From: Escherichia phage RB69
Sequence record: NC_004928.1
Length of the DNA: 64,000 nucleotides
Reading direction: 5' to 3' (one strand)
The notes under the pieces were generated by a model. That model made no database searches. It was not told where the DNA came from and saw nothing but the letters and a program-made list of their open reading frames with translations. Of the stretch, positions 16,688 through 28,622 are shown piece after piece (position 1 is the stretch's first letter; each line of letters opens with the position of its first letter). Made by a program: the position numbers and the translations under genes.

Positions 16688-17263
16688 TTGTTATTTACAT
16701 TCTTCGACCCAATAGGATATAGTGCTAAAACCATTAATAAGAATGCACCTACTATTCCTATGACAGACATATTTCGTAACTATAAAGAGTACTTTAAACG
16801 TGTTGCGACCAACTATAGATTACAAACTTATTATATTAAAGGTTCTCCGCGTCCTGAAGAACTAGCAAACATAATTTATGGCAACCCTCAATTATACTGG
16901 GTCCTTTTGATGTGTAATGATAACTATGATCCGTATTATGGTTGGATCACATCTCAGGAAGCAGCGTATCAAGCTTCTATTCAGAAATATGCAAATGCCG
17001 GCGGAGACCAAATTCTTTATCATATTAACGAAAAACGCGAGAAATTTTATAACTTAGTTTCATATCCAGATGAGCCATTAGTATGGTATGATAAAGGCGA
17101 CAAAGCTCGTAAGTATCCGCAATATAAAGGACCTTTAGCTGCAGTAGATACTTATGAAGCGGCTGTACTAGATAACGAAAAACTTCGTAAAATAAAAATT
17201 GTTGCAAAGGAAGATATAAACTCGTTTATCACTGATTTGATTCGTGAGATGGAGATTGCATAA
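16688..17263 (+). CDS. 53: baseplate wedge protein gp53
   Basis: MLFTFFDPIGYSAKTINKNAPTIPMTDIFRNY... matches T4 gp53; apparent TTG start after GGAGA. Confidence 0.88.
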   Translation: MLFTFFDPIGYSAKTINKNAPTIPMTDIFRNYKEYFKRVATNYRLQTYYIKGSPRPEELANIIYGNPQLYWVLLMCNDNYDPYYGWITSQEAAYQASIQKYANAGGDQILYHINEKREKFYNLVSYPDEPLVWYDKGDKARKYPQYKGPLAAVDTYEAAVLDNEKLRKIKIVAKEDINSFITDLIREMEIA

Positions 17264-18996
17264 TGGAAATGATTAGTAGTAGCCTTAATTGGTTCGTTGG
17301 TGTTGTTGAAGACAGAATGGACCCATTGAAACAAGGGCGTGTTCGAGTACGAGTCGTAGGCCTGCATCCAGCACAGAGAGCACAAGGTGATGTACAAGGT
17401 ATTCCTACAGAAAAACTTCCATGGATGACTGTTATTCAACCTATTACATCTGCATCAATGTCGGGTATTGGTGGTTCTGTTACAGGCCCTGTTGAAGGAA
17501 CTCGAGTATATGGTCATTTCTTAGACAAATGGAAAACAAACGGTATTGTACTCGGTACATATGGTGGAATTGTACGCGAAAAGCCTAATAGACTCGAAGG
17601 TTTTTCCGACCCGACAGGTCAGTATCCGCGACGTTTAGGTAATGATACGAACGTATTAAACCAAGGTGGTGAAGCTGGCTATTATTCGAACTCTAACGTA
17701 ATTCAAGATAACAACTTAGATTATGGTATAAACCCAGATGATACAGATTTAGCAAATATTCCTGAAGATGATGACCCTAATTTTACAATAACAGAAATGT
17801 TACGTCGTGACGAAGGTCTTCGCGATAAAGTATATTGGGACCATCTAGGGTATCCTACAGTAGGTATTGGACACCTTATCGTAATGGAAAAGACCCGAGA
17901 CATGTCTCGAATTAATAAATTGTTATCCGATCAAGTAGGGCGTGAAGTAACAGGAAATCCCGGGACTATTACATTAGAAGAAGCAACAGCTCTATTTGAG
18001 AAGGACCTTGCTAAGATGCAGAAAGACATTCGTTCTAATTCTAAAGTAGGTCCTGTTTATGCTAAAATGAACAGGTCTCGCCAAATGGCATTAGAAAACA
18101 TGTGCTTCCAAATGGGCGTTGGCGGTGTAGCAAAATTCAATACTATGCTTAAAGCAATGGCCACAGGCGATTGGAAAACTGCATACAAATCTGGACGCGA
18201 TTCGTTATGGTTCCAACAGACTAAAGGGCGTGCTTCACGTGTAACAACAATTATTTTAACTGGTAACATGGAATCATATGGCGTTCCTGTTAAAACACCA
18301 CCTTCACCAGGAGTCGGTGCCGATTTAGTTACTAGAAATACCGATCCAGAAGACCCGGCTGGTCCTCCTGTTCCATTAGATTCACGTATCCTTTTTAAAG
18401 AACCGGAATCAAGTTATCGTGGTGAATACCCATATGTTCATGCTATGGAAACAGAAAGCGGTCATATCCAAGAGTTTGACGACACTCCAGGTAACGAACG
18501 TTATCGCTTAGTTCATCCAACAGGGTCATATGAGGAAGTTTCTCCGTCTGGTCGTCGCACTCGTAAAACTGTAGAAGACCTTTTTGACATCACTAATGGC
18601 GATGGGAATTTCCTGGTTTCTGGTGATAAACTTGTTAACGTTGGTGCTAACGAAATATATTATAACATGGCGGACCGCCTCCATCAAATAGATGGCAGCG
18701 ACACAATCTTTATTCGTGGCAACCAAGTTAAAACTGTTGAAGGTGATGGAACTCTTTACGTTAAGGGCAATATCAAAATAGTCGTTGACGGGAATGCAGA
18801 TATTCTTGTTAAAGGTGATGCTAAGTCTCAAGTTGAAGGGAATCATGACTATACTGTCAATGGTAATGTTAAATGGACTGTCAATGGTAATGTTGATATG
18901 ACTGTTGCTGGCAATTGGTCGGAGACAATGACTACAATGAGCTCAATAGCTTCAGGACAATATACTGTTGACGGATCTCGTATTGATATTGGGTAA
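17263..18996 (+). CDS. 5: baseplate hub / cell-puncturing protein gp5 with lysozyme domain
   Basis: 577 aa; N-terminus MEMISSSLNWFVGVVEDRMDPLKQGRVRVRV; internal lysozyme domain similar to e; C-terminal VxGxxxxx beta-helix repeats. Confidence 0.95.
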   Translation: MEMISSSLNWFVGVVEDRMDPLKQGRVRVRVVGLHPAQRAQGDVQGIPTEKLPWMTVIQPITSASMSGIGGSVTGPVEGTRVYGHFLDKWKTNGIVLGTYGGIVREKPNRLEGFSDPTGQYPRRLGNDTNVLNQGGEAGYYSNSNVIQDNNLDYGINPDDTDLANIPEDDDPNFTITEMLRRDEGLRDKVYWDHLGYPTVGIGHLIVMEKTRDMSRINKLLSDQVGREVTGNPGTITLEEATALFEKDLAKMQKDIRSNSKVGPVYAKMNRSRQMALENMCFQMGVGGVAKFNTMLKAMATGDWKTAYKSGRDSLWFQQTKGRASRVTTIILTGNMESYGVPVKTPPSPGVGADLVTRNTDPEDPAGPPVPLDSRILFKEPESSYRGEYPYVHAMETESGHIQEFDDTPGNERYRLVHPTGSYEEVSPSGRRTRKTVEDLFDITNGDGNFLVSGDKLVNVGANEIYYNMADRLHQIDGSDTIFIRGNQVKTVEGDGTLYVKGNIKIVVDGNADILVKGDAKSQVEGNHDYTVNGNVKWTVNGNVDMTVAGNWSETMTTMSSIASGQYTVDGSRIDIG

Positions 18997-18999
18997 TAT

Positions 19000-19515
19000 A
19001 TGGCACAAATACTTCCTTTAAATACCGACTTAGGAGAAGACATGGAAGGGGCGTCTATTGACGTCCTTTTTACTCCACAGTTAGAAACTACCGAAACTTT
19101 GGTGTCAATAAATATAATAGATTATGAACCAACACAAGGCATTACAGTTGACGGTAATCACTTATATGGAACATATGAAAGCGTATTTAGCTTTTCTTCA
19201 GATGCATTGAAATATCGATTAAACGATGATTTTAAAACTGCATCTTCATGGGAAGATTTACCGCAAGACCAAAGCACTCAACTATATTTGTGGAGAGCTC
19301 CTCAGAACCTCCGTAAAGTATTTAGTTATACGGTTGAAATGATTTATAACTACCAAGAAGAAGGTTCATCAGGCGGCTCAAGAAGTGACTCTAGTACAGA
19401 ACCTCCGCCGGCTCCGGTACAAAAAACTCTTACTAAGGTTTATACAAAAACTATAGTAGGAAATTGGAGCAAATGGGCTCAACAATTACGAAACTATGTT
19501 TATGCGAGGCCATAA
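19000..19515 (+). CDS. 5.1: gp5.1 conserved protein
   Basis: 171-aa ORF between 5 and 5.4 as in T4. Confidence 0.75.
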   Translation: MAQILPLNTDLGEDMEGASIDVLFTPQLETTETLVSINIIDYEPTQGITVDGNHLYGTYESVFSFSSDALKYRLNDDFKTASSWEDLPQDQSTQLYLWRAPQNLRKVFSYTVEMIYNYQEEGSSGGSRSDSSTEPPPAPVQKTLTKVYTKTIVGNWSKWAQQLRNYVYARP

Positions 19516-19517
19516 AA

Positions 19518-19811
19518 ATGTCTGGCTTAAGTTACGACCAGTGCGTTACAACAGGTCATGAAGCATGGCCTCCTACAATAATTAATGCTTCTCAATCTAA
19601 AGTATTCACCGGCGGTATTCCTGTTCTTGTAGCAGGAGACCAAATAACACCTCATACAGAAATTAAAAAACCGTACGAGACTCATGGAGGTGTTACTGAA
19701 CCTCGTACATCTAAAGTATATGTCACAGGTAAAAAGGCCGTTCAAATGGCTGACCCAATTTCATGCGGGGATACTGTTTCTCAGGCCTCGTCAAAAGTCT
19801 TTATAAAATAG
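19518..19811 (+). CDS. 5.4: PAAR-repeat spike tip protein gp5.4
   Basis: [58 protein letters not shown]... matches T4 gp5.4. Confidence 0.9.
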   Translation: MSGLSYDQCVTTGHEAWPPTIINASQSKVFTGGIPVLVAGDQITPHTEIKKPYETHGGVTEPRTSKVYVTGKKAVQMADPISCGDTVSQASSKVFIK

Positions 19812-19819
19812 GAATTAAA

Positions 19820-21790
19820 ATGGCAAACACTCCTGTAAATTATCAGTTAGTCAGAACGGCGAATGCTATTCCCGAAATTTTTATCGGGGGCACATTTGCC
19901 GAAATTAAAACAAATATAATAGAATGGCTCAATGGACAGAACGAATTTCTTGATTATGATTTTGAAGGTTCGCGTTTAAACGTATTGTGTGACCTTTTAG
20001 CATATAATACTCTTTATATCCAACAGTTCAGTAATAGTGCAGTGTATGAAAGCTTTATGCGTACTGCTAACTTGCGCAGTTCCGTTGTACAAGCGGCTCA
20101 GGATAATGGATATCTGCCTGCATCTAAATCAGCAGCACAAACAGAAATTATGCTCACATGTACGGATGCATTAAATAGAAACTATATCACTATTCCACGT
20201 GGTACTCGTTTCCTGGCGTATGCTAAAGGTACTTCTGTAAATCCATATAACTTTGTTTCCACCGAAGACGTCATTGTAGTTAAAGACAAAAATAATCAAT
20301 ATTTCCCACGTCTTAGGTTAGCTCAGGGACGTATTGTTCGTACTGAATTAACATTTGATAAATTAAAACCTATCATTATTCGTGATAAGAACATCGACCG
20401 TAATTTGGTTAAATTGTATGTTGACGGAGCAGAATGGATTAACTGGACTCGCAAATCGATGGTTCATGCTGGTTCTACTTCGACCATTTATTATATGCGA
20501 GAAACTGTTGACGGGAACACTGAATTTTATTTTGGTGAAGGTGAAATCTCTATTAGCACATCAGAAGGTGCTTTAACATCCAACTACATTGGTGGCCTTA
20601 AACCTGTCCAGGGTTCTAAAATCGTAATTGAATATATTTCTACTAATGGTGCTGAAGCAAATGGTGCAGTAGGATTCTCTTATGCTGATACATTAGCTAA
20701 TATCACAGTTATTGGAATTAATGAAAACCCAAGTAATAACCCTGACTTCGTTGGTGCGGATGGCGGTGGCGACCCTGAAGATATTGAACGTATCCGTGAA
20801 TTAGGTACAATTAAACGTGAAACTCAACAACGATGTGTGACTGCGACAGATTACGACACATTCGTCTCTGAACGATTTGGTTCTATTATTCAAGCGGTTC
20901 AGACATTTACGGATTCATCTAAGCCTGGGTACGCATTTATTGCTGCTAAACCTAAGTCTGGGTTATATTTGACTTCCGTCCAACGAGATGATATTAAAAA
21001 TTATCTTAATGAGTATAACTTAGGGACGATAACTCCTGTTGTTATTTCTCCTGATTATTTGTTTATTAAAATGAATATTCGCGTTACGTATGCATTGAAC
21101 AAATTACAAGAATCTGAACAATGGTTAGAAGGCCAAATTATTAATAAAATCGACCGGTATTATATTGAAGACGTGGAAATTTTTAACTCGTCATTCGCAA
21201 AATCTAAAATGCTAACGTATGTCGATGACGCAGATATTTCTATCATTGGTTCGTCTGCGACTATTCAAATGGTTCGCGAGGTACAGAACTTCTACAAAAC
21301 ACCTGAAACAGGTATTAAATACAATAACCAGATTAAAGATAGAACATTAGAATCTAACGTGTTTTCATTTGATAGTTTACGCGTTGACCCTGAAACGGAA
21401 GCTACTATTAAATATGACGTTCGCATTGTAGGTTCAGATAGAAATGACCGTGGCATTGGACAAGTTATCATTGGTCCGTTTGCAGATGGCGACGTTATAG
21501 AAAATGCTTATATTCAACCATATACTGGTGACGATTTTAATAAACTTCATGTTACGGACGGAAGAAACAAATATTACTCTATAGGTGAAGTAAATTATCC
21601 GGCTGATTCAATTTATTGGAATATAGCTAAAATTGATTTAACTTCTGATAGGTTTGAAGTTCAAACTATTGAACTCTATTCAGACCCAGCTGATGATGTT
21701 ATCTTTACTAAAGACGGGTCATTAATTGTATTTGAAAATGACTTACGTCCGCAATATTTAACCATAGATTTGGAGCCTATTTCACAATGA
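19820..21790 (+). CDS. 6: baseplate wedge protein gp6
   Basis: From ATG 19820: MANTPVNYQLVRTANAIPEIFIGGTFAEIK... matches T4 gp6. Confidence 0.95.
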   Translation: MANTPVNYQLVRTANAIPEIFIGGTFAEIKTNIIEWLNGQNEFLDYDFEGSRLNVLCDLLAYNTLYIQQFSNSAVYESFMRTANLRSSVVQAAQDNGYLPASKSAAQTEIMLTCTDALNRNYITIPRGTRFLAYAKGTSVNPYNFVSTEDVIVVKDKNNQYFPRLRLAQGRIVRTELTFDKLKPIIIRDKNIDRNLVKLYVDGAEWINWTRKSMVHAGSTSTIYYMRETVDGNTEFYFGEGEISISTSEGALTSNYIGGLKPVQGSKIVIEYISTNGAEANGAVGFSYADTLANITVIGINENPSNNPDFVGADGGGDPEDIERIRELGTIKRETQQRCVTATDYDTFVSERFGSIIQAVQTFTDSSKPGYAFIAAKPKSGLYLTSVQRDDIKNYLNEYNLGTITPVVISPDYLFIKMNIRVTYALNKLQESEQWLEGQIINKIDRYYIEDVEIFNSSFAKSKMLTYVDDADISIIGSSATIQMVREVQNFYKTPETGIKYNNQIKDRTLESNVFSFDSLRVDPETEATIKYDVRIVGSDRNDRGIGQVIIGPFADGDVIENAYIQPYTGDDFNKLHVTDGRNKYYSIGEVNYPADSIYWNIAKIDLTSDRFEVQTIELYSDPADDVIFTKDGSLIVFENDLRPQYLTIDLEPISQ

Positions 21791-24700
21791 CAGTAAAAGC
21801 GCCAGCAGTCACGAGTCTCAGATTATCTAAATTGTCCGCAAACCAAGTTCAAATTCGCTGGGATGAGGTTGGCGCTAATTTCTACTATTTTGTGGAAATA
21901 GCTGAGACCAAAACAGCTAATGGGGAAGCAATTCCCCGTAATAGCTATAGATGGACTAATTTAGGATATACCGCTGATAACAATTTCTTTGAGTCTGGTT
22001 TAAATTCATTAACAACATATATGATGCGTGTGGCTACAGCAGCGGAGGGATTTGAGCAGTCTGATTGGAGATACACCGAAGAGTTTGAAACATTTGAAAT
22101 AAACGCTTACACATTCCAACATATGATTGAAATGCAATTAGCTAACGAGTTTATTTCTGAAAAATTTACAAAAAATAATACAAACTACGTTGATTTTAAT
22201 AATGACACGATCATGGCAGCACTGATGAGCGAGTCGTTCCAATTTAGTCCTGCATACACCGATGTGTCATCGATTAGAAATTTTATAATTGGTGAAAATC
22301 AGTATCATGAAATCCAGGGGCATATCCAGGACGTATGTAAAGATATAAATCGAGTATATCTAATGGAATCTGAAGGAATTCTTTACCTTTTTGAAAGATT
22401 CCAACCTATTGTAAAAGTGTCTAATGATAAAGGCCAAACATGGAAAGCGGTTAAATTGCTTAATGACCGTGTAGGATATCCACTTTCACGAACTGTATAT
22501 TACCAATCAGAATATACGACGTATTTGCTCGGCTATGATAAGATTTTTTACGGGCGTAAATCATCCGATATTCGTTGGTCTGCTGATGATGTTCGTTTCA
22601 GTTCACAAGATGTAACATTTGCTAAAATCGGGGACCGATTAAATTTAGGTTTTGATGTAGAGATTTTCGGTACATACGCGTCATTACCAGGAAACGTATC
22701 ACGTATTGCAGAAGCTATTACTTGTAATGATGACTATGTTTATATTGCGGCCAGAGATAAAGTTCGCTTCGTTAAAACCAGTAACGCTCCTATTGATTCA
22801 GATCCATTATCTCCGACCTATTCCGAACGGTTGTTTGAACCTGAGACGTTTACAATAACAGGCAACCCTAAAGCAGTTTGTTATAAAATGGATTCTGTTG
22901 GTGGAAGAATATTCGCTCTTATTATTGGTGAAGTCGAAAACGTTAATGACGACCCAAGAACAAAGCCTATTTTAGATTCCGTTGATAAAGGTGTATACGT
23001 TTTAGACCATGACGCTGGAACATTTAAAAGGATATTTGGTAATACCGAAGAAGAACGCCGTCGTATAGAACCGGCTTTCACCAATATGTCTACTGATGGT
23101 GTTGAGCTTTATATCTCTTCTAGTAATTTTAAATTTTTAGAATCTGATATTGTTGACGACCCAGAAACGCAATCTAAGTATGGACTTTTAGGAGCAGTTA
23201 AGTATGAATATCCTAGAGAATGGCTCGCAGATAAACATTACCATATGATGATTTTCGCATCAAACGAAGAAAGTAATTGGGAAACTTTTTCACCAACTCC
23301 TATGCAGTATTATGCAGAACCTTTCTTTAGTTATTCTAGAAAATCAGGCACACGTTCTTGGATTAATAACTCTGATAGAGCGGTAGTGATTTATTCTGAT
23401 TTGCTTTACACAAAGGTAGTGGAAAGCCACCCTAGCACTTCACCTGATCGTAAAGTTCATGAATACTGGAATGATGGTGATTGTAAGATTGTTATGCCGA
23501 ATATAGAATTCACTGGATTTAAAAAATACGCATCTGGTATGTTGTTTTATAAATCATCAGGTGAAATAATTTCATATTACGATTTTAGTTATCGTGTTAG
23601 AGATAACGTTTCTATAATTTGGAAGCCCACTAACGTATTTTTGACCTCCTCATTACAAAACCAAGAAAAAGAAACTTCTTGGGTTCCTGTTGAAGAGACA
23701 GGTCTAGCTGACCCGGATTTACGCCCATTACTCACTACAATGATGCCAGAGTCTTATCTGTTGGATAATACAAACTTTGAAGCATTTTGTGAAGCGTACA
23801 TTCAATATCTTTCTGATGGATACGGGACTCATTATAATAACTTATTGAATTTGATTAAAAATAAATACCCACGAGAAGAACACGCATGGGAATATCTTTG
23901 GTCTGAAATTTATAAACGGAACATTTATTTGAATGCTGAGAAACGTGATTTAGTTTCTAGGTTCTTTGAGTCCAGAAGTTACGATTTTTATTCTACTAAA
24001 GGAACTGAAGCGTCGTATAAGTTTTTGTTTAAAGTTCTTTATAACGAAGACGTTGAAGTGGAAATTGAGTCATCTGCTGGAACAGAGTACGATATCATAA
24101 TTCAATCCGATTCTATAAGTGAAGATTTGGTTGGACAAACTATATACACTGCTACAGGTAGATGTAATGTTACATATTTAGAAAGAAGCTATTCTAAAGG
24201 TAAATTACAATGGACTGTGACTATTCATAACCTTTTAGGTAGGCTTTTAGTCGGTCAAGAAGTAAAAGCCGAAAGACTAGCAGATTTTGAAGGTGAAATA
24301 GTTCGCGGTATTAAAGGTAAAGAACTTGCCCAAAACACTATCGATTATTTTAATCGTGGTAGAGCTTATTACGTCATGAAAATAAAGTCAAATCTTCCGT
24401 CCTCTCGTTGGAAATCTGACGTACTACGTTTTGTACATCCGGTAGGATTTGGATTTATTGCAATAACCTTATTAACAATGTTTATTAATACAGGATTAAC
24501 GCTTAAACATGTTGAAACTATTATTAATAAATATAAAAATTATAAGTGGGATTCCGGACTGCCTACGGAATATGCAGACCGCGTCGCTCGTTTAGACCCT
24601 CAAGGTAATGTAGAATTCAATCCTGCTACAGGTGAAGTAATTTATGATGCCGGTCCTTATGCTGGTATCGAATACCCTTTACCTGCAAATTATAACGAAG

Positions 24701-24885
24701 AAAATGATAACTCTATTTTCCAAGGACAATTACCGTCCGAACGACGCAAGCCAATGAGCCCATTATTTGATGCATCAGGTACAACGTTCTCTAGATTTAG
24801 AGAGCTTGTTAATGAAAGATTGTTAGATAACGTGGGAAATCCTAGAGACCCGATTAATCCACCACAGGTTAAATTAGATGAATGA
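21787..24885 (+). CDS. 7: baseplate wedge protein gp7
   Basis: 1032 aa, size and position as T4 gp7; ATGA overlap with gene 6. Confidence 0.92.
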   Translation: MTVKAPAVTSLRLSKLSANQVQIRWDEVGANFYYFVEIAETKTANGEAIPRNSYRWTNLGYTADNNFFESGLNSLTTYMMRVATAAEGFEQSDWRYTEEFETFEINAYTFQHMIEMQLANEFISEKFTKNNTNYVDFNNDTIMAALMSESFQFSPAYTDVSSIRNFIIGENQYHEIQGHIQDVCKDINRVYLMESEGILYLFERFQPIVKVSNDKGQTWKAVKLLNDRVGYPLSRTVYYQSEYTTYLLGYDKIFYGRKSSDIRWSADDVRFSSQDVTFAKIGDRLNLGFDVEIFGTYASLPGNVSRIAEAITCNDDYVYIAARDKVRFVKTSNAPIDSDPLSPTYSERLFEPETFTITGNPKAVCYKMDSVGGRIFALIIGEVENVNDDPRTKPILDSVDKGVYVLDHDAGTFKRIFGNTEEERRRIEPAFTNMSTDGVELYISSSNFKFLESDIVDDPETQSKYGLLGAVKYEYPREWLADKHYHMMIFASNEESNWETFSPTPMQYYAEPFFSYSRKSGTRSWINNSDRAVVIYSDLLYTKVVESHPSTSPDRKVHEYWNDGDCKIVMPNIEFTGFKKYASGMLFYKSSGEIISYYDFSYRVRDNVSIIWKPTNVFLTSSLQNQEKETSWVPVEETGLADPDLRPLLTTMMPESYLLDNTNFEAFCEAYIQYLSDGYGTHYNNLLNLIKNKYPREEHAWEYLWSEIYKRNIYLNAEKRDLVSRFFESRSYDFYSTKGTEASYKFLFKVLYNEDVEVEIESSAGTEYDIIIQSDSISEDLVGQTIYTATGRCNVTYLERSYSKGKLQWTVTIHNLLGRLLVGQEVKAERLADFEGEIVRGIKGKELAQNTIDYFNRGRAYYVMKIKSNLPSSRWKSDVLRFVHPVGFGFIAITLLTMFINTGLTLKHVETIINKYKNYKWDSGLPTEYADRVARLDPQGNVEFNPATGEVIYDAGPYAGIEYPLPANYNEENDNSIFQGQLPSERRKPMSPLFDASGTTFSRFRELVNERLLDNVGNPRDPINPPQVKLDE

Positions 24886-25882
24886 TTCAAGTGTTGTCTA
24901 TCGTTCGATAGTTACTTCAAAATTTAGAACTGAAAAAATGTTGAATTTCTACAATTCAATAGGTGATGGTGATAATAAAAACACCATCTTTATAACGTTT
25001 GGTCGGTCTGAACCATGGGCTGCTAATGAAAATGAGGTGGGCTTCGCCCCACCGTATCCAACAGACTCGGTTTTAGGTGTAACAGATATGTGGACTAACA
25101 TGATGGGTTTAGTTAAAGTTATCCCATCTATGTTAGACTCGGTTATTCCTAGACGTGACTGGGGAGATATTCGTTATCCGGACCCTTATACATTCAAAAT
25201 AAATGATATAGTCGTATGTAATACAGCCCCATATAATGCCACTGAAGTCGGAGCTGGATGGTTAGTATACCGTTGCGTAGATGTTCCTGATGTTGGGATG
25301 TGTTCTATTGAGTCTCTCGACAACAAAGAAGAATGTCTTAAATTAGGCGGTAAATGGACTCCATCTGTTAGGTCTTTAACCCCTCCTGAAGGCCGTGGAG
25401 ATGCTGAAGGGATTATCGAAGTTGGTGATGGATATATATGGGAGTATCTTTATGAGATTCCACCTGATGTGTCTATAAACCGATGTACTAATGAATATAT
25501 AGTCGTTCCATGGCCGGAAGAAGTTAAAGAAGACCCTGCTCGTTGGGGATATGAAAACAATCTAACCTGGCAACAAGATGATTTTGGCCTTGTGTATAGA
25601 GTTAAAGCAAACATAATTCGTTTTAAAGCCTATTTAGACTCAGTTTATTTCCCTAATGCAGCACTGCCTGGTAATAAAGGATTTAGACAAATTTCTATTA
25701 TCACAAACCCCTTGGAAGCTAAACTCCGTCCTAATGACCCTAATATAAAGGCTGAAAAGGATTATTATGACCCCAGAGATTTACAGCGTCATTCTGGTGA
25801 AATGATTTATATGGAAAACCGTCCACCTATTATTATGGCAATGGACCAAACCGAAGAGATCAATATTTTGTTTATGTTCTAA
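24878..25882 (+). CDS. 8: baseplate wedge protein gp8
   Basis: 334 aa, size and synteny as T4 gp8. Confidence 0.9.
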   Translation: MNDSSVVYRSIVTSKFRTEKMLNFYNSIGDGDNKNTIFITFGRSEPWAANENEVGFAPPYPTDSVLGVTDMWTNMMGLVKVIPSMLDSVIPRRDWGDIRYPDPYTFKINDIVVCNTAPYNATEVGAGWLVYRCVDVPDVGMCSIESLDNKEECLKLGGKWTPSVRSLTPPEGRGDAEGIIEVGDGYIWEYLYEIPPDVSINRCTNEYIVVPWPEEVKEDPARWGYENNLTWQQDDFGLVYRVKANIIRFKAYLDSVYFPNAALPGNKGFRQISIITNPLEAKLRPNDPNIKAEKDYYDPRDLQRHSGEMIYMENRPPIIMAMDQTEEINILFMF

Positions 25883-25886
25883 TTTA

Positions 25887-25908
25887 GGGAGACTTCGGTC
25901 TCCCTTTC
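25887..25908 (+). terminator. UUCG-tetraloop hairpin after gene 8
   Basis: GGGAGACTTCGGTCTCCC followed by TTTCGTG; weak T-tract so may act mainly as RNA-stability hairpin. Confidence 0.45.
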
Positions 25909-25912
25909 GTGT

Positions 25913-25920
25913 ATAAATAG
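25913..25920 (+). promoter_or_regulatory. late promoter TATAAATA
   Basis: Exact TATAAATA 25 nt upstream of gene 9 start. Confidence 0.7.
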
Positions 25921-25944
25921 TATAAACTATTAAGGATTAGCCAC

Positions 25945-26808
25945 ATGTATATTCAAACTCCAAAACAATTGATTGACGTTGGCGAAATTGGTAACGCTTC
26001 TACAGGCGATATCCTTTTTGACGGCGGTGTTAAAATAAACAATGATATAAATGCTATTTACAATGCGTTTGGTGACCAACGAAAAATGGCAACTGCTAAT
26101 GGGACAGGACCAAATGGACAAATAATCCATGCCACTGGATACTACCAAAAAGGAGGCCCTACTGATTATTTCACCCCTGTTCCAGTAGGAAGTAGACACG
26201 ACATAGATGCTTCTACCGGTGGTGTTATTGTTACTGTTGCTAGAGGTGAACTCGGCGATTCCGTGGAATTTATAAATTCAAACGGGTCAATTTCGGTAAA
26301 CAACCCATTAAGTATCCAAGCATTAGATTCTATTAAAGGTGTTGCAGGTAATTTAGTTATAACCACACCTTATACTAAAGTTACTCTTCGTTGTATTTCT
26401 TCTGGTGCAGGTGGTTCAATATGGGATTATTCTACAGAAAGTATGTTTAGTCATACCGAAATTCCTGTAGACGGGACATGGAATATTATTTCAGACTATG
26501 TCAATATTCCTCTATTTTATAAAACTGAATATAATGCTGCTAAACTTTTGGTTACATGCCAATCTGCCAACGGCAGAAAAATTAAATCATGCGAAATAAA
26601 TATTCTAATAGATACAATTAATTCAAGAGTTATTTCAACCGAATACGCAGTGATGCGCGTTGGTAATGATAACGAAGAAGATGAAATTGCGAATATTAGT
26701 TTTTCGATAATTAACAATTTTGCCACTATGACAGTTTCTTCACATATAAATGGTCTTCGAGTGGCAGCTAAAGTTATTTCAACTCAGAAAATTAGGGTCG
26801 CTCAATAA
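25945..26808 (+). CDS. 9: baseplate protein gp9 (long tail fibre socket)
   Basis: MYIQTPKQLIDVGEIGNASTGDILFDGG... matches T4 gp9. Confidence 0.93.
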   Translation: MYIQTPKQLIDVGEIGNASTGDILFDGGVKINNDINAIYNAFGDQRKMATANGTGPNGQIIHATGYYQKGGPTDYFTPVPVGSRHDIDASTGGVIVTVARGELGDSVEFINSNGSISVNNPLSIQALDSIKGVAGNLVITTPYTKVTLRCISSGAGGSIWDYSTESMFSHTEIPVDGTWNIISDYVNIPLFYKTEYNAAKLLVTCQSANGRKIKSCEINILIDTINSRVISTEYAVMRVGNDNEEDEIANISFSIINNFATMTVSSHINGLRVAAKVISTQKIRVAQ

Positions 26809-28622
26809 TGAAACAAAATATTAAAATTGGGAACGTCGTTGATGACGGACAAGGCGATTACCTTCGTCGTGGTGGTGCAAAAATTAATGAAAACTTTGAT
26901 GAGTTGTATTATGAATTAGGCGATGGCGAAGTTCCATATTCCGCTGGTGCCTGGAAAACATACCATTCTTCAGATGGACTTAATTTAGCTGCTGAATGGG
27001 GTAAATCATACGCAATTGATACTTCAACAGGGCGTGTTTCTATAAATTTACCTAAAGGAACAGTGGAAGATTATAATAAAGTAATTAGAGCCCGTGATGT
27101 ATTCGCCACATGGAATATTAACCCTGTAACATTAATTGCTGCCAGTGGTGATACTATTAAAGGTTCTTCTAGCCCAGTAGAAATCAATGTGCAGTTTTCA
27201 GACTTAGAATTAGTTTACTGTTCTCCTGGGCGCTGGGAATACGTTAAAAATAAACAAATAGACAAAATTACTAGTTCTGATATTAGTAGTGTAGCTCGTA
27301 AAGAATTTTTAGTCGAAGTTCAAGGTCAAACTGATTTTCTTGATGTATTTGGGTCTGTTTCTTATAATGTGAATAATATCCGTGTAAAACATCGTGGTAA
27401 CGAATTATACTACGGTGATGCGTTCAGTGACAATAGTGACTTTGGTTCTCCAGGAGCTAATCCTGGAGAAATCGTTGCATTAGATGGTAAAAACATCCGT
27501 TTAAGACAACCATGTAATATTGGCGACACCGTACAAATTGAAACCTTTTTGGATGGGATTACACAATTACGCAGTTCTTATTCTCGCCGCCAAATACGTA
27601 TTTTAGATTCGAAATTAACAACCCGTCCTTCCTTAGAAGGAAGTGTATATGTCGCTGATTTGTCAACTTTGAAATCTATTCCTTTTTCGGCATTTGGAGT
27701 TAATCCTTCAGAACCGGTCAATACTAATTCTTTAGAAGTTCGTTTTAATGGTATTCTTCAAGAATTAGCCGGTACTGTTGGTTTACCTATGTTCAGATGT
27801 GAAGGTGCTGATGCAGAAACTTCTACCGAGTGTTCAGCTTTAGGTGGGACTTGGGTTACATCTAACACCGATTATTCTATTGAATATGATGATAACGATG
27901 CAACTATTGCACGTGCTTTAGTCTTTGACCGTAAGTTTGAAGACCAAGACATTATTGATATTACATGGTTTAATAACGATTTAGGCGCTTTATTAAGTAT
28001 CGATGACATTTTAGATACAACTGATGAAAGGTATGTCGCACAAGGTGCAACCGTAAATGTGACCGGCGATGTGGCTTTGACCGATTTCAATAATATCGGA
28101 TGGCCTAATGTAGAATCTGTTCCGGCATATAGCAGGGAATTCTCATCTATTGCAAATATTTTTAACACTATTTACCCTGTCGGTACTATTTACGAAAATG
28201 CAGTGAACCCTAATAACCCAGCCACGTATTTAGGATTTGGTTCTTGGAAATTATGGGGACAAGGAAAAGTATTAGTTGGATGGAACGACGATATTAGCGA
28301 TCCTAATTTTGCATTAAATAATAACGACCTTGATTCTAGCGGGAATCCTACACATACCGCCGGTGGAACAGTCGGAACAACGTCTAACACACTAACTAAT
28401 TCTGATTTACCTCCTACTCAAACTGACGAGAAAGTTCTTATTTCCGATGAGAACGGTACAATTATTATTGGTGGTTGTCAATACGACCCTGATGCAGAAG
28501 GTCCTATATACACCAAATACCGTGAAGGCCACGCCACAACGAATAGTACACACGTACCGCCTCAAGCCGTAAATAATATTCAACCGTCAATTACCGTATA
28601 CCGTTGGGTAAGGATTGCATAA
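26808..28622 (+). CDS. 10: baseplate wedge protein gp10
   Basis: 604 aa; synteny 9-10-11-12. Confidence 0.92.
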   Translation: MKQNIKIGNVVDDGQGDYLRRGGAKINENFDELYYELGDGEVPYSAGAWKTYHSSDGLNLAAEWGKSYAIDTSTGRVSINLPKGTVEDYNKVIRARDVFATWNINPVTLIAASGDTIKGSSSPVEINVQFSDLELVYCSPGRWEYVKNKQIDKITSSDISSVARKEFLVEVQGQTDFLDVFGSVSYNVNNIRVKHRGNELYYGDAFSDNSDFGSPGANPGEIVALDGKNIRLRQPCNIGDTVQIETFLDGITQLRSSYSRRQIRILDSKLTTRPSLEGSVYVADLSTLKSIPFSAFGVNPSEPVNTNSLEVRFNGILQELAGTVGLPMFRCEGADAETSTECSALGGTWVTSNTDYSIEYDDNDATIARALVFDRKFEDQDIIDITWFNNDLGALLSIDDILDTTDERYVAQGATVNVTGDVALTDFNNIGWPNVESVPAYSREFSSIANIFNTIYPVGTIYENAVNPNNPATYLGFGSWKLWGQGKVLVGWNDDISDPNFALNNNDLDSSGNPTHTAGGTVGTTSNTLTNSDLPPTQTDEKVLISDENGTIIIGGCQYDPDAEGPIYTKYREGHATTNSTHVPPQAVNNIQPSITVYRWVRIA

